NCBI GenBank assembly: GCA_036271235.1
Contig: DATBBA010000002.1
Coordinates: forward strand, 802 to 64,801
Length of the DNA: 64,000 bases
Reading direction: 5' to 3'
Source: Gaiellaceae bacterium
GTDB lineage: Bacteria; Actinomycetota; Thermoleophilia; Gaiellales; Gaiellaceae
Shown: positions 1 through 8,870 of the stretch, one piece after another
How the letters are laid out: the number at the start of each line of letters is the position of its first letter
Position numbering within the stretch: the stretch's first letter is position 1
Made by a program: the position numbers and the translations under genes
The notes under the pieces: generated by a model
Databases searched by the model: none
What the model saw: only the letters and a program-made list of their open reading frames with translations
What the model was told of the DNA's origin: nothing

Positions 1-2345
1 CGCACGCCGGTGGCGTCGAAGATGGCGTTGCCGATTGCCGGCGGCACGACCGTCTCCAGCGACTCGCCGACGCCCCGGTAACGCGGACCGGGATAGGTGC
101 CGGCCGGCGAAAGATCGCCCGTGATCACCTCGTCCTGATGCGGAATAACGAGGGTCGTGACATCCGGGTGATCCTTGAATCGCAGGATCGGATAGGTGAC
201 CCAGTCGAGAGCCGTGACGCGCTGCTTCGAGAACGTGATCTCCTCGAAGAGGGTTCTGCTCGCGCCGCGTGTCAGCATTCCCACCATCTGGTTCTCGGCG
301 GATGCCGGGTTCACGATGAATCCCGAGTCTTGCGCCCCGTAGAGATGCTGGACCACGACCTTGCCGGACTTGCGATCCACCCGAACCTCTGCCGCGACTC
401 CGGAATAGACATCGCTGAAGGCATGGTTCTCACCACCGAACGCGATACCGCGCCCGGTGACGTACCGCCCGGCTGAGAGCTTCGAGGCCGAAACCCTCGT
501 CTGCCAGTTCGCCAGCTTGGCTGTGGCGTCGAGAAGCGGTCTCCACGCGTCGTGCGTCGTGTGGGCCTGCAGGAACGCCACCGCGTCCATGTTGGCGGCA
601 TGCGCCAACTCGTCCATGGCCGTCCCGAAAGCCCAGGCCGGTTGGATGACTCCGGGGCCGCGCAGGGCCGATGTCGAGAACCGACTCGCGATGGTCTTCG
701 AGATCGTCTGGCGATTCGGGACGTTGGGGAAGAACTGGTCGCCCGCGGTGAACGTCTCGAACCTCGTTCCACCCACTGCGTTCGCATTGTTCGTCGTCGG
801 AGCCAACCGGCTGGGCGCTCCCCGGACGGAGGCACGGCTCGAGAGTGTGTCGACCGGCACTGTCACGCCGATCTGAGCCGCCGCCGGCGTGACATTGGCT
901 CCGTTCTCGTACCACGATGTGTGTTTGAGCGCGACGAGCTTGCCGCTCGCATCGAGGCCGGCCTGGATGTCGGCGACGTTCGCGGGACCGTACGGCTCCC
1001 ACCCATGCATGTCCCACCGCATGTACTGCACCCGCACCGGTTTGCCGACTACCTGTGACATGACTGCCGCATCGGCGATCACCGGAACGTTCGGACTGGG
1101 ATTGAACGTGCTCGCACCCTCGAAGATCAGGACGCGGATGTTCTGGGCCGGAATCCCCGTGACCTGAGTCACGGCACTCTGGTAGCCCCAACCGTCCTGC
1201 TGTTGCGCGAACAACGTCACCCGGCCGCCGGATGTGACGTCCGCGATGGCACAGCAAGGCCCGAGCGGACTGTGCATCTGGTAGGGCCAGGTGTACGTCG
1301 CAGCGAGCGTGTGGGCGGCCGAAGCGAGAGCTGAATCCACGTTGCCGTAGCTCAGGACGACCGAATCGGGCGTGATCGTCGGCGCCGCTTTCGTGGCGGA
1401 GGGCAGGTTGCCCGAGCCGGGCAGCGTGTTCGACGCCGACCACACCACCTTCAGCTGCGCCGCAGCCTGGATCGCGTCGAACTCCTTCGGTGCCACCACC
1501 CCGACGAAGTCGCCCTTGCGCACGACCTGCACGTTCGGGATGTGGGCGATCGAGCTCTCGTCCACGCTCAGGACCTTGTAGTTGGCATAGCCGCCTTCGG
1601 GCGCCGCCGCCAGCACATTCGCCTGGCCGCGAGGCCGAACGGGCCGGCCATGCACCATGCCGGGGATGCGGACGTTCTGAAGGTAGGTGAACGCTCCGGT
1701 GACCTTGGCCGGGATGTCGAACCGCGGTACCCGTGTTCCGACCACCGTGTACTGGCTGACCGGCTTCAACGGCGCCAGGTTGTTCCCGGTGCCGATGGTC
1801 GTGTTGAAGAGCTTGCCCCCCACCAGGGAGCCGTAGGAGACGGTCTTGCCGCCGCTCGAGACGATCCCCTGAGAGACCGTCAGGCTGGACGCCGGCACGC
1901 CGAGCTGCGCGGCGGCCAGTGTCATCAGCGCCCGCCGGGCTTCGGCGGCGGCCTGACGCAGCACGGGGCCGCCGTTCGCTGTCCCGTTGCTTCCGGCCGT
2001 GCTTCCCTGATTCGGGAATGGATGGGCCGAGGCCGTATCGAACTGGGGAATGGAGATCGTCGTGACGGGCACGTCGAGCTCCTCGGCCGCGATCTGCCTG
2101 TAACCAGTCCAGGTGCCCTGACCGAACTCGTGATGGCCCGGATAGAGGGTGACCGTGCTGTCGGCGTTGATCGTCAGCCATGAATCGACCTGGGTGATGT
2201 CAGGAGCGATGTTCGGCAAGTTCGCTGCCTGTGCCCGGCCGGGAGTCAACCCGGCGCCAAGGAAGCTGAAGCCGACGACGAGGGCACCGCCGCCCTTCAG
2301 GAACGTCTTACGCGAGAAGTCCTTCTCGTGAAGGAAGCCTGTCAT
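1..2345 (-). CDS. xanthine-dehydrogenase-family molybdopterin-binding subunit (IorB / aldehyde oxidoreductase beta-like); C-terminus cut by window edge
   Basis: The frame stays open to position 1, so it is absent from the ORF track; I translated it by hand. N-terminus MTGFLHEKDFSRKTFLKGGGALVVGFSFLG is a Tat-type leader (S-R-K-x-F-L-K). Near position 1 it reads ...VVPPAIGNAIFDATGV, the conserved C-terminal motif of Mo-binding subunits. ATG 2345..2343 overlaps a TGA at 2344..2342. Confidence 0.85.
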   Translation of the reverse strand, partial: MTGFLHEKDFSRKTFLKGGGALVVGFSFLGAGLTPGRAQAANLPNIAPDITQVDSWLTINADSTVTLYPGHHEFGQGTWTGYRQIAAEELDVPVTTISIPQFDTASAHPFPNQGSTAGSNGTANGGPVLRQAAAEARRALMTLAAAQLGVPASSLTVSQGIVSSGGKTVSYGSLVGGKLFNTTIGTGNNLAPLKPVSQYTVVGTRVPRFDIPAKVTGAFTYLQNVRIPGMVHGRPVRPRGQANVLAAAPEGGYANYKVLSVDESSIAHIPNVQVVRKGDFVGVVAPKEFDAIQAAAQLKVVWSASNTLPGSGNLPSATKAAPTITPDSVVLSYGNVDSALASAAHTLAATYTWPYQMHSPLGPCCAIADVTSGGRVTLFAQQQDGWGYQSAVTQVTGIPAQNIRVLIFEGASTFNPSPNVPVIADAAVMSQVVGKPVRVQYMRWDMHGWEPYGPANVADIQAGLDASGKLVALKHTSWYENGANVTPAAAQIGVTVPVDTLSSRASVRGAPSRLAPTTNNANAVGGTRFETFTAGDQFFPNVPNRQTISKTIASRFSTSALRGPGVIQPAWAFGTAMDELAHAANMDAVAFLQAHTTHDAWRPLLDATAKLANWQTRVSASKLSAGRYVTGRGIAFGGENHAFSDVYSGVAAEVRVDRKSGKVVVQHLYGAQDSGFIVNPASAENQMVGMLTRGASRTLFEEITFSKQRVTALDWVTYPILRFKDHPDVTTLVIPHQDEVITGDLSPAGTYPGPRYRGVGESLETVVPPAIGNAIFDATGV

Positions 2346-2468
2346 CTCTGTGTACCTGTCTTTGCCATGACCTTGGCCGCGTGCTGGATCGCGGTCAGGA
2401 TCCGTGGATAGGCTTGCGTTCACGCCATGCGTGAGCCCGTTCACCTTGATCCTCAAGCTATTCGCCAT
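2342..2468 (-). pseudogene. remnant of the (2Fe-2S)-binding small subunit (IorA-like); only N- and C-terminal fragments remain
   Basis: GGAGG-N7-ATG (2468) starts MANSLRIKVNGLTHGVNA, a typical IorA N-terminus. A +1-shifted frame reads ..AYPRILTAIQHAAKVMAKTGTQR* (typical IorA C-terminus), with its TGA overlapping the large-subunit ATG. About 110 codons, including all Cys ligands, are missing between the two fragments. Confidence 0.55.
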
Positions 2469-2560
2469 ATCCTTGCCTCCAATCGAAACGGGCCTCAATG
2501 GGCGCGATCGTTCTCTCAACGAGTCGAGGCGTCAGGCGATCTCGACGTCCCAACGACGTC

Positions 2561-2587
2561 AAAAGGGGACACTATTCCGATTGTCCC
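2561..2587 (-). terminator. candidate intrinsic terminator after the 2610..3875 gene
   Basis: On the minus strand: GGGACA-N10-TGTCCC hairpin (2566..2587) followed by CTTTTG. Confidence 0.4.
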
Positions 2588-2609
2588 GTTTGCGCAACGG
2601 GGATTTGAC

Positions 2610-3875
2610 TCAGGCCGGAGGCCCGCCCTCGGCACCTGAATCCCTCGAGCCCGGCGGCGCGCCGCCGGCGCCGCCTCCGCCGTCCGAGCTCGGAGGTGCG
2701 CCTCCGGCCCCCGACGCGCCGGAGCCGGACGGTGGTGCGCCTCCGCCACCGGGGTCGTTCGAGCTGTTCGGAGCCTCGCTGCTCGACGGTCCCGTCTGTG
2801 AGGGATCGATCGATTGCCCGCCGGGCTCGTCTGCGCCCGCGTCCGCATCCACGCCGGGCGGCGGTTCGGTGCCGGGCGGCTGCGGAGGAGGCGTCGGAGG
2901 CACCGTGACCTCCGGGACCGACGCCATCGAGTCGAGGTAACCGCTCCACCAGATCGCGTCGTTCCCGTCGCGGTCCTTGATGACGATGTTCCGGACGGGC
3001 CCCGAGAAGTACTTGTAGCTCTTGAGCACGAAGACGTACTCCTCGCGGGTCCCGTAGATGAGCGCCGCCAGCAGTGCCGGCCCGCCGTTGGGCCCGGTTG
3101 CGAGACGGTGGAGCAGGCCGATCGCGCCGTCCTCGAGTGTCTTGAACGCGGCATAGAACGCCGTCTTCGGCACCTTCTCGCCCGAGGCCTGGCCCTCGCC
3201 TGCCGTGCGCTTGCGGTAGTCGCTGTCGGGTGCGACGGGTTTCCCGTCGGGGCCCGTCTGCAGGGTGAGGTTCCCGAGGTTGAAATCCGCGATTCCGAGC
3301 TTCCCGCCCTCCGCCTTCCACTGCCCGACGAGCGTGCCGAGCGCGTGCCCCGGAATCGGAACCGAGAAGACCGAGCTCCAGGCGCTCGTGAACGCATCCC
3401 GCACGTCCTGCTCGGTGATCGTCGCGTACTTGGGGGCGGAGGCTTTCGTGACGTCCTCGGGGATGTGGTCGGCCTTGTTCTTCGCCCAGTCCGACTTCAT
3501 CCCGCCGATCAGGCTTGTCGCCTTCGCGTCGTACTTGGCCCGCGCCGCCGAGACGAGCGGCGTGTGCTTGGCGGTGTCGGCCCGGACGCCTGCCTCGCCG
3601 CGCTGCTTCTCGTCGGGCGTCGGCGGCTGCTTCACGAACTGCTGTTTCCGCTGGAGCAGCCGTCCAGCCGCGGCGTTTCCGAGGCCCCTGAGCGCTGCGC
3701 GAGCGAGCGGGGCCGTCATCCCGCCGCCGCCGTTCAGGCGCCTGATCCGAGCGACGCCGCCCGACTGCCCGCCGAAGGCACCGAGCGCGAGCCCCGGGGT
3801 ATCGAAGAGAACAGTCTGCTCGGCCGCTTCGCTGACGGCGGTCTCCGGGACGACTGCCGCCTCGTGTTCCGACAC
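2610..3875 (-). CDS. hypothetical protein: N-terminal ..LRGLGNAAAGRLLQRK leader-like motif, central possible glucosaminidase/lysozyme-like domain, Pro/Gly-rich C-terminal tail
   Basis: 421-aa ORF with a GTG start and high third-position GC. No Sec signal. The central segment TLVGQWKAEGGKLG..NLGNLTL..FYAAFKTLEDGAIGLLHRL resembles the FlgJ/GH73 pattern by eye. The tail is GGAPP/GSG low complexity. Confidence 0.7.
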   Translation of the reverse strand: MSEHEAAVVPETAVSEAAEQTVLFDTPGLALGAFGGQSGGVARIRRLNGGGGMTAPLARAALRGLGNAAAGRLLQRKQQFVKQPPTPDEKQRGEAGVRADTAKHTPLVSAARAKYDAKATSLIGGMKSDWAKNKADHIPEDVTKASAPKYATITEQDVRDAFTSAWSSVFSVPIPGHALGTLVGQWKAEGGKLGIADFNLGNLTLQTGPDGKPVAPDSDYRKRTAGEGQASGEKVPKTAFYAAFKTLEDGAIGLLHRLATGPNGGPALLAALIYGTREEYVFVLKSYKYFSGPVRNIVIKDRDGNDAIWWSGYLDSMASVPEVTVPPTPPPQPPGTEPPPGVDADAGADEPGGQSIDPSQTGPSSSEAPNSSNDPGGGGAPPSGSGASGAGGAPPSSDGGGGAGGAPPGSRDSGAEGGPPA

Positions 3876-3961
3876 GGCCGAAGCCTACGCCCGTTCGCGA
3901 CGCTACGCCGATGACGACGGGGAGGCGTAGGGTTCGTGCCTCCGGCCGTCCGAGAGGAGCG

Positions 3962-4642
3962 ATGACCGAGCAACGGGTTGTTCTCGCCGTCGACGTCGGC
4001 GGCTCGCATATCAAGGTGCTCGCGAGCGGCCAGACCGAGCGCCGCCGCGTCCCGTCAGGGCCGTCGCTGACGCCGCAGGAGATGGTCGCCTCGGCGCTCG
4101 AGGCAGCGGAAGGATGGCGGTTCGACGTCGTCACCGTCGGCGTTCCCGCGCCCGTTCACAACGGGCGGGTCGTCACGGAGCCCTTCAACCTCGGCGACGG
4201 CTGGGTCGGGTTCGACTTCGAGGCTGCCTTCGGCGTGCCGACGAAGGTCATGAACGACGCCGCGATGCAGGCGCTCGGGAGCTACGAGAGCGGGTCGATG
4301 CTGTTCCTCGGCCTCGGGACGGGGCTCGGCTCGGCACTCGTGACCGACGGCGTCGTCCAGCCGATGGAGCTCGCGCACCTGCCGTTCAAGAAGCGGACCT
4401 TCGAGGACTACGTCGGCGAGCGAGGTCGCAAGGAGTTCGGGCGCAAGAAGTGGCAGGAGCTCGTCTTCGAGGCGGTCGAGTCGCTCACCGCCGCGCTCGA
4501 GCCGGACTCGGTCGTGCTCGGCGGCGGCAACGCCACGAAGCTGGACGAGCTCCCGCCGAACGCGACGCTCGGCAGCAACTCGAATGCGTTCGTCGGCGGG
4601 TTCCGCGCGTGGGACGATCACGCGCCCCCGCACGTCAGTTGA
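3962..4642 (+). CDS. ROK-family sugar kinase (polyphosphate-glucokinase-like, no HTH)
   Basis: LAVDVGGSHIK, VMNDAAMQALG, LGLGTGLGSAL and VLGGGNA motifs. I prefer ATG 3962 over the upstream track start at 3911. Confidence 0.8.
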   Translation: MTEQRVVLAVDVGGSHIKVLASGQTERRRVPSGPSLTPQEMVASALEAAEGWRFDVVTVGVPAPVHNGRVVTEPFNLGDGWVGFDFEAAFGVPTKVMNDAAMQALGSYESGSMLFLGLGTGLGSALVTDGVVQPMELAHLPFKKRTFEDYVGERGRKEFGRKKWQELVFEAVESLTAALEPDSVVLGGGNATKLDELPPNATLGSNSNAFVGGFRAWDDHAPPHVS

Positions 4643-6740
4643 CGCCGGCCCGGACCGGCGTCTTCGCCGCGCGAGCAGGCCACCACGACCGCTCGCCGAG
4701 AAGCCAAGTCCCGGCGGGCACGAGGACCGATCGCACGACGAACGTGTCGAGCAGGACGCCGACGCCGACCGTCACGCCGATCTCGAACAAGTCGTAGACC
4801 GGCAGCACCGCGAGCACCGAGAACGTGCCGGCGAGGATCAGGCCGGCGCTCGTGATCACGGGACCGGTGGCCGTGAGGGCGCGCAGCATCCCGTCGGCGG
4901 TGCCGTGCGTCGCGGCCTCTTCACGCACACGGCTCATCAGGAAGATGTTGTAGTCGGAGCCGAGCGCGACCAGGAAGATGAAAACGATCAGCGGCAGCAC
5001 GGGATCGAACGCATGCTGGTCGAAGCCGTACCTGAAGAGCACGAGACACAGGCCGCACGTGGCGAGGAACGAGAGGATCACCGTCGCGATCAGGAAGAGC
5101 GGCATCACGAGCGCCCGGAGCAGGACGATCAGCGTCACGAACACGAGGGCGAGCACGAGCGGGGCGACCACCTTCAGGTCGCGGCTCGCTCCGTCCTCGA
5201 GGTCGACGCGCGCTGCGGTGCCGTCGCCCGTCAGTGCCCGCAGTCCCGGTGGAAGCTGCGCAAGGCGGGTGCGGATCAGGCGCAGGCGGTCGAGAGCCGC
5301 GGCGGCATAGGGGTCGTCGGCGAAGGCGAGCGAGAACGTCGCCGCGCGGCCGTCGGTGGAGCGGCGGCTGACCGGGGTGACCTCGGCGACGCCGGGGACG
5401 GCACGGATGCGCCGGGCGACGAGCGCGACGTCGGCCGGGCGGAGTGGCCCGTTCGTGCGGTCGACCAGAACGGTCGAGGGGCCGAGCACGCCGGGCGGGA
5501 ACCCGGTCAGGAGGGCGGTTGCGCCACGGGTCGCGTCGGTCTGCGAGCGAAAGACGTGGAGGATGTCGGCGTTCGCGTGGTAGGCGGTGAGCCCGAGCGC
5601 GCAGACGACGAGTGCCGTCACGACGCCGCCGAGGTAGAGCCCGCTCCTCGCCCGGATCCGGCGGCCGACCCGTCCCCAGACGGCGTGCTCGTCCTCTTCG
5701 CTGAGCTCGCTGTCCCGGCGCCACGAGCGTGGCGGCCCGGCCACTGCAAGAAGCGCGGGCAGCAGCGTCAGGCTCGCGACGAGCACGATGACGATCCCGA
5801 TCGCGTTCACCGGCCCGAGCGCGCGGTAGATGCCCGAGACGCCGGCGAGCATCGCGAGCAGGGCGCCCGTCACGGTCAGCGCGCTCGCGATCATCGCCGG
5901 GGCCGCCAGCGGCAGCGCGGCCGCGAGCGCGGACCGCGGTACGGGGTCGGTCCGCAGCGAACTGCGGTACCGCGCGACGAGCAACAGGCAGTAGTCCGTT
6001 CCGGCACCGAACATCAGCACCGGCAGCAGCGAGGTCGAGGTGCTGTCGATCGTCAGCCCGGCCCGTGCCAGCAGATCGATGACGCCCGAGGCGACGACGA
6101 ACGCGATCGCGACGTTCGCGAGCGGCATCAACGCGAGCTTGAGCGAGCGGTAGACCACGAGGAGCAGCCCGAGCACGAGCAGCCCGGTCGCGACGAGGAG
6201 CTTGCCGTCGGCGCTCTTCACCGCGGTGTCGAAGTCGCTGCTGAATGCCGGGGTTCCCGTGACGTGGACCTCGAGCCCGCCGCCGCTTCTCGCGATCTCG
6301 CGGAGCGCGTCGATCGACGGCGTCACGCGGTACACGCCGCGCGGGGTGAGCGCGACGATCGTCACCGCGACGTCGCCGTGGGCGGAGACGAGCCCGGAGC
6401 GAGGGCCGGGCCCGAAGGGTGCGAGGGCGGTGAACGCGAGCGGGACGTAGGCCGCCCGGCGCGCGTCGGCGACGATGCGTGAGCGGTCTGCAGCGGTGAG
6501 CCCGCCCGGCCGGCGGTACACGAGAAGCGCCGGCTGCAGGTCGCCGCCGGGGAAGCGCTCACGCAGGATGTCGCTCACCTGGACCGACTGCGAGCCCCCG
6601 GGCAGCAGGAACGCCTGGCTCGTCTCGTCGGCGAGCTTCAGCCCGAACGGTCCAAGCGCCACCGCGAGGAGCCCCCAGGCGCCGATCACGACCCACGCTG
6701 CGCGGCGTCCTGTCACGACCGCCCCGAGCGCTTCGAGCAT
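4635..6740 (-). CDS. MMPL-family (RND superfamily) membrane transporter
   Basis: 701 aa with two blocks of multiple TM helices separated by soluble loops. Typical MMPL N-terminus, and GGAGTAGGA SD before ATG 6740. Confidence 0.9.
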   Translation of the reverse strand: MLEALGAVVTGRRAAWVVIGAWGLLAVALGPFGLKLADETSQAFLLPGGSQSVQVSDILRERFPGGDLQPALLVYRRPGGLTAADRSRIVADARRAAYVPLAFTALAPFGPGPRSGLVSAHGDVAVTIVALTPRGVYRVTPSIDALREIARSGGGLEVHVTGTPAFSSDFDTAVKSADGKLLVATGLLVLGLLLVVYRSLKLALMPLANVAIAFVVASGVIDLLARAGLTIDSTSTSLLPVLMFGAGTDYCLLLVARYRSSLRTDPVPRSALAAALPLAAPAMIASALTVTGALLAMLAGVSGIYRALGPVNAIGIVIVLVASLTLLPALLAVAGPPRSWRRDSELSEEDEHAVWGRVGRRIRARSGLYLGGVVTALVVCALGLTAYHANADILHVFRSQTDATRGATALLTGFPPGVLGPSTVLVDRTNGPLRPADVALVARRIRAVPGVAEVTPVSRRSTDGRAATFSLAFADDPYAAAALDRLRLIRTRLAQLPPGLRALTGDGTAARVDLEDGASRDLKVVAPLVLALVFVTLIVLLRALVMPLFLIATVILSFLATCGLCLVLFRYGFDQHAFDPVLPLIVFIFLVALGSDYNIFLMSRVREEAATHGTADGMLRALTATGPVITSAGLILAGTFSVLAVLPVYDLFEIGVTVGVGVLLDTFVVRSVLVPAGTWLLGERSWWPARAAKTPVRAGVN

Positions 6741-6747
6741 TCGGTTC

Positions 6748-7119
6748 CTACTCCGGGTGCAGATCCGTCGTCAGCGCGAAGAAGAGCTCGGTCGACATCG
6801 CGAGCGCCTGCGGTGCCCAGTAGTTCCACCCCTTACGCCACGAGCCGAACACCCAGGGGGAGAGGCCGACCGAGAGCGCGAGCACCGCGTCGACCCTCAC
6901 GTGGGTCTTCATCGAGAGCACGCGGGCGCTCCCGAAACCGTTGTCCGAGCCATAGTCGGTGAGCATGCTGAGGAGCACGACCGAAGGCCCCATGACCTGC
7001 GCCGGCAGGGTCGAGGCAGGCGCATTCTTGACGCGGAAGATGTCTCCACCGGCGATGAAGACCCCGACCGTCATGAAGTCGAGAATCCCGTGGAGCTTTG
7101 CCGGAACGAACCGTTGCAT
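6748..7119 (-). CDS. small integral membrane protein with SPW-type motif
   Basis: Strong SD (AAAGGGGGGTGAG) before ATG 7119. Hydrophobic helices and an LSVGLSPWVFG motif. The stop lies 7 nt before the MMPL start. Confidence 0.65.
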   Translation of the reverse strand: MQRFVPAKLHGILDFMTVGVFIAGGDIFRVKNAPASTLPAQVMGPSVVLLSMLTDYGSDNGFGSARVLSMKTHVRVDAVLALSVGLSPWVFGSWRKGWNYWAPQALAMSTELFFALTTDLHPE

Positions 7120-7191
7120 CTCACCCCCCTTTCGGCGACTGAAGACGACGGCGCCTACTGTACGAGGAACGCGGCGGCCGCACAAGCCAGC

Positions 7192-8811
7192 TCAGGCCTC
7201 GACCTCGAACGACGCCGTCCGGGCCCGGAGCCGGCCTGCGGAGGCGAGCAGATCGTGGAGCTTCTCGGCCTGGTCCTCCCGGAGCGAGAGGGTCCGCACG
7301 CGCGTCACGGCTCGCGCCTCGTCGGCCGGATGGAGCTCGAGGACCTTCCGCCCGAAGTGGCTGCCGGCATTGAGCGCGCCGACCACCTCGTCGTTGCGGA
7401 CGAGCTCGACGTCGCCCTCGAGGATCACGTGGATGTAGCGGACGGGCCGCTCCACGTGGGCGAGCGTCTCGCCGGCGTCGAAGACCTCGTGCCTGACCTC
7501 GTAGTCGCTGCGCGGCGCATGCTCGAGCTCGACGATGTCGCGCCCGACGAGCGGCCAGATCACCCAGTCCGCGAGCAGGCGAAGCCGCCGGTCCCAGGTC
7601 GGCAGGAAGTACACGAGGATCGCCCGCCAGAGGATCCAGCCTGCCTTGCCTCTCAGCGGGATGCCGCGCACCTCGCCGACCGCGTTTCTGCCGCCGATCG
7701 AGATGCCCGCGGCGAAGGCCGAGTAGTCGTACGGCTCGAGCTCGAGCCCGCCGGCCGCGCGCCGGATGTTGCTTCCGATCCGCGCCCCGTGCTTGAGCGC
7801 ATAGAGGCCGACCGGCGGGCAGGTGCCCCCGTGTGGATGCGCCACCGCCGCACAGTCGCCGCCGGCCCACACGTTCTCGAAGCCCTCGACTCGCAGGTAC
7901 CGGTCGGTCAGGACCCGCCCGTGCTCGTCGCTCGGGAGACCGAGTGCCTCGAGCACGGGCTGGGGGCGGGTCCCACACGTGGATACGATCGTCCGCGTCG
8001 GCACGTGCATCCCGTTCGAGAGGAAGACCTCGTTCGGCGTCGCCGCCGCGACGGACGTCTCCGTGAGGAGCTCGACTCCGAGTGCCCGCGCGTGCCTCGT
8101 CGCGTAGGCGACGAGCCGGGGATGCGCGCGCGCCCCACGCTCGTAGCTCGAGGTCCCGTGGAACTCGGGCATGATCGTCGCGCCGTGGTGGACGAGGACG
8201 ACGCGCCATTCGTCCGGGCCGATCCGCGAGTACTCCCGGCTCGTCAGGAGCCGCGCGAAATCGGCGAGCTCGCCCGCGAGCTCGGTGCCGGAATAGCCGC
8301 CGCCTGCGACGACGAAGGTGAGGAGCCGCCTCCGCTCCTCCGGGTCGCTCTCGATCTCTGCCAGCTCGAACATCTCGAGCAGGTGGTTGCGCAGGCGAAG
8401 GCAGTCGGCGTAGGCCTTGAGCTTGAACGCGTGCTCGGCGAGGCCGGGATAGATCTCGAGGTTCTCGGTGGTACCGAGCCCGATCACGAGGTGGTCGTAC
8501 TCGAGCGTCGTCCTCACGCCGTCGAGGTGACGGCTCGTCACGACGCGGTTGCCGGTGAGGTCGATCTCCTCGATCTCGGCGACATGGACCGCGCAGGGCG
8601 GGAAGATCCGCCTCGCCGGGCTGAGCATGTTCCCGGGACCGATCCGGCCGGTGACCATCTCGCCGACGAAGCCGTGGAAGGCGTGGAAGTTCTCGCGGCT
8701 GACCACGGTCCCGCATAGCTCGCCGCGGCGGATGGGCTCGCGGAGCGCCCGCGACAGCGTGATCGCGACGTAGCCGCCGCCGAGCTGGAGGACGTGCGGG
8801 GTGCCCGCCAT
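7192..8811 (-). CDS. type II NADH dehydrogenase-like flavoprotein with C-terminal cyclic-nucleotide-binding-like domain
   Basis: Two dinucleotide-binding motifs (LGGGYVA, VVAGGGYSGTELAGEL), GGDCA, and a C-terminal membrane-anchor helix pair. This is followed by a beta-roll, FDAGETL..ILEGDVELV..GSHFGRKVLEL..EARAVT. Confidence 0.85.
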   Translation of the reverse strand: MAGTPHVLQLGGGYVAITLSRALREPIRRGELCGTVVSRENFHAFHGFVGEMVTGRIGPGNMLSPARRIFPPCAVHVAEIEEIDLTGNRVVTSRHLDGVRTTLEYDHLVIGLGTTENLEIYPGLAEHAFKLKAYADCLRLRNHLLEMFELAEIESDPEERRRLLTFVVAGGGYSGTELAGELADFARLLTSREYSRIGPDEWRVVLVHHGATIMPEFHGTSSYERGARAHPRLVAYATRHARALGVELLTETSVAAATPNEVFLSNGMHVPTRTIVSTCGTRPQPVLEALGLPSDEHGRVLTDRYLRVEGFENVWAGGDCAAVAHPHGGTCPPVGLYALKHGARIGSNIRRAAGGLELEPYDYSAFAAGISIGGRNAVGEVRGIPLRGKAGWILWRAILVYFLPTWDRRLRLLADWVIWPLVGRDIVELEHAPRSDYEVRHEVFDAGETLAHVERPVRYIHVILEGDVELVRNDEVVGALNAGSHFGRKVLELHPADEARAVTRVRTLSLREDQAEKLHDLLASAGRLRARTASFEVEA

Positions 8812-8870
8812 CCGCCCGATCGTAGACCGATTTGCGCCCGCCGGCCGGATCGCGAACAATCTCGACGGTC

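Noticed and set aside
2408-2420. A GGATCC (BamHI) site close to the apparent deletion junction of the 2Fe-2S remnant, which could suggest engineering.
   Set aside because: At this base composition GGATCC is expected roughly 20 times in 64 kb, and I saw it several times elsewhere in the window. The junction is also not an in-frame deletion.
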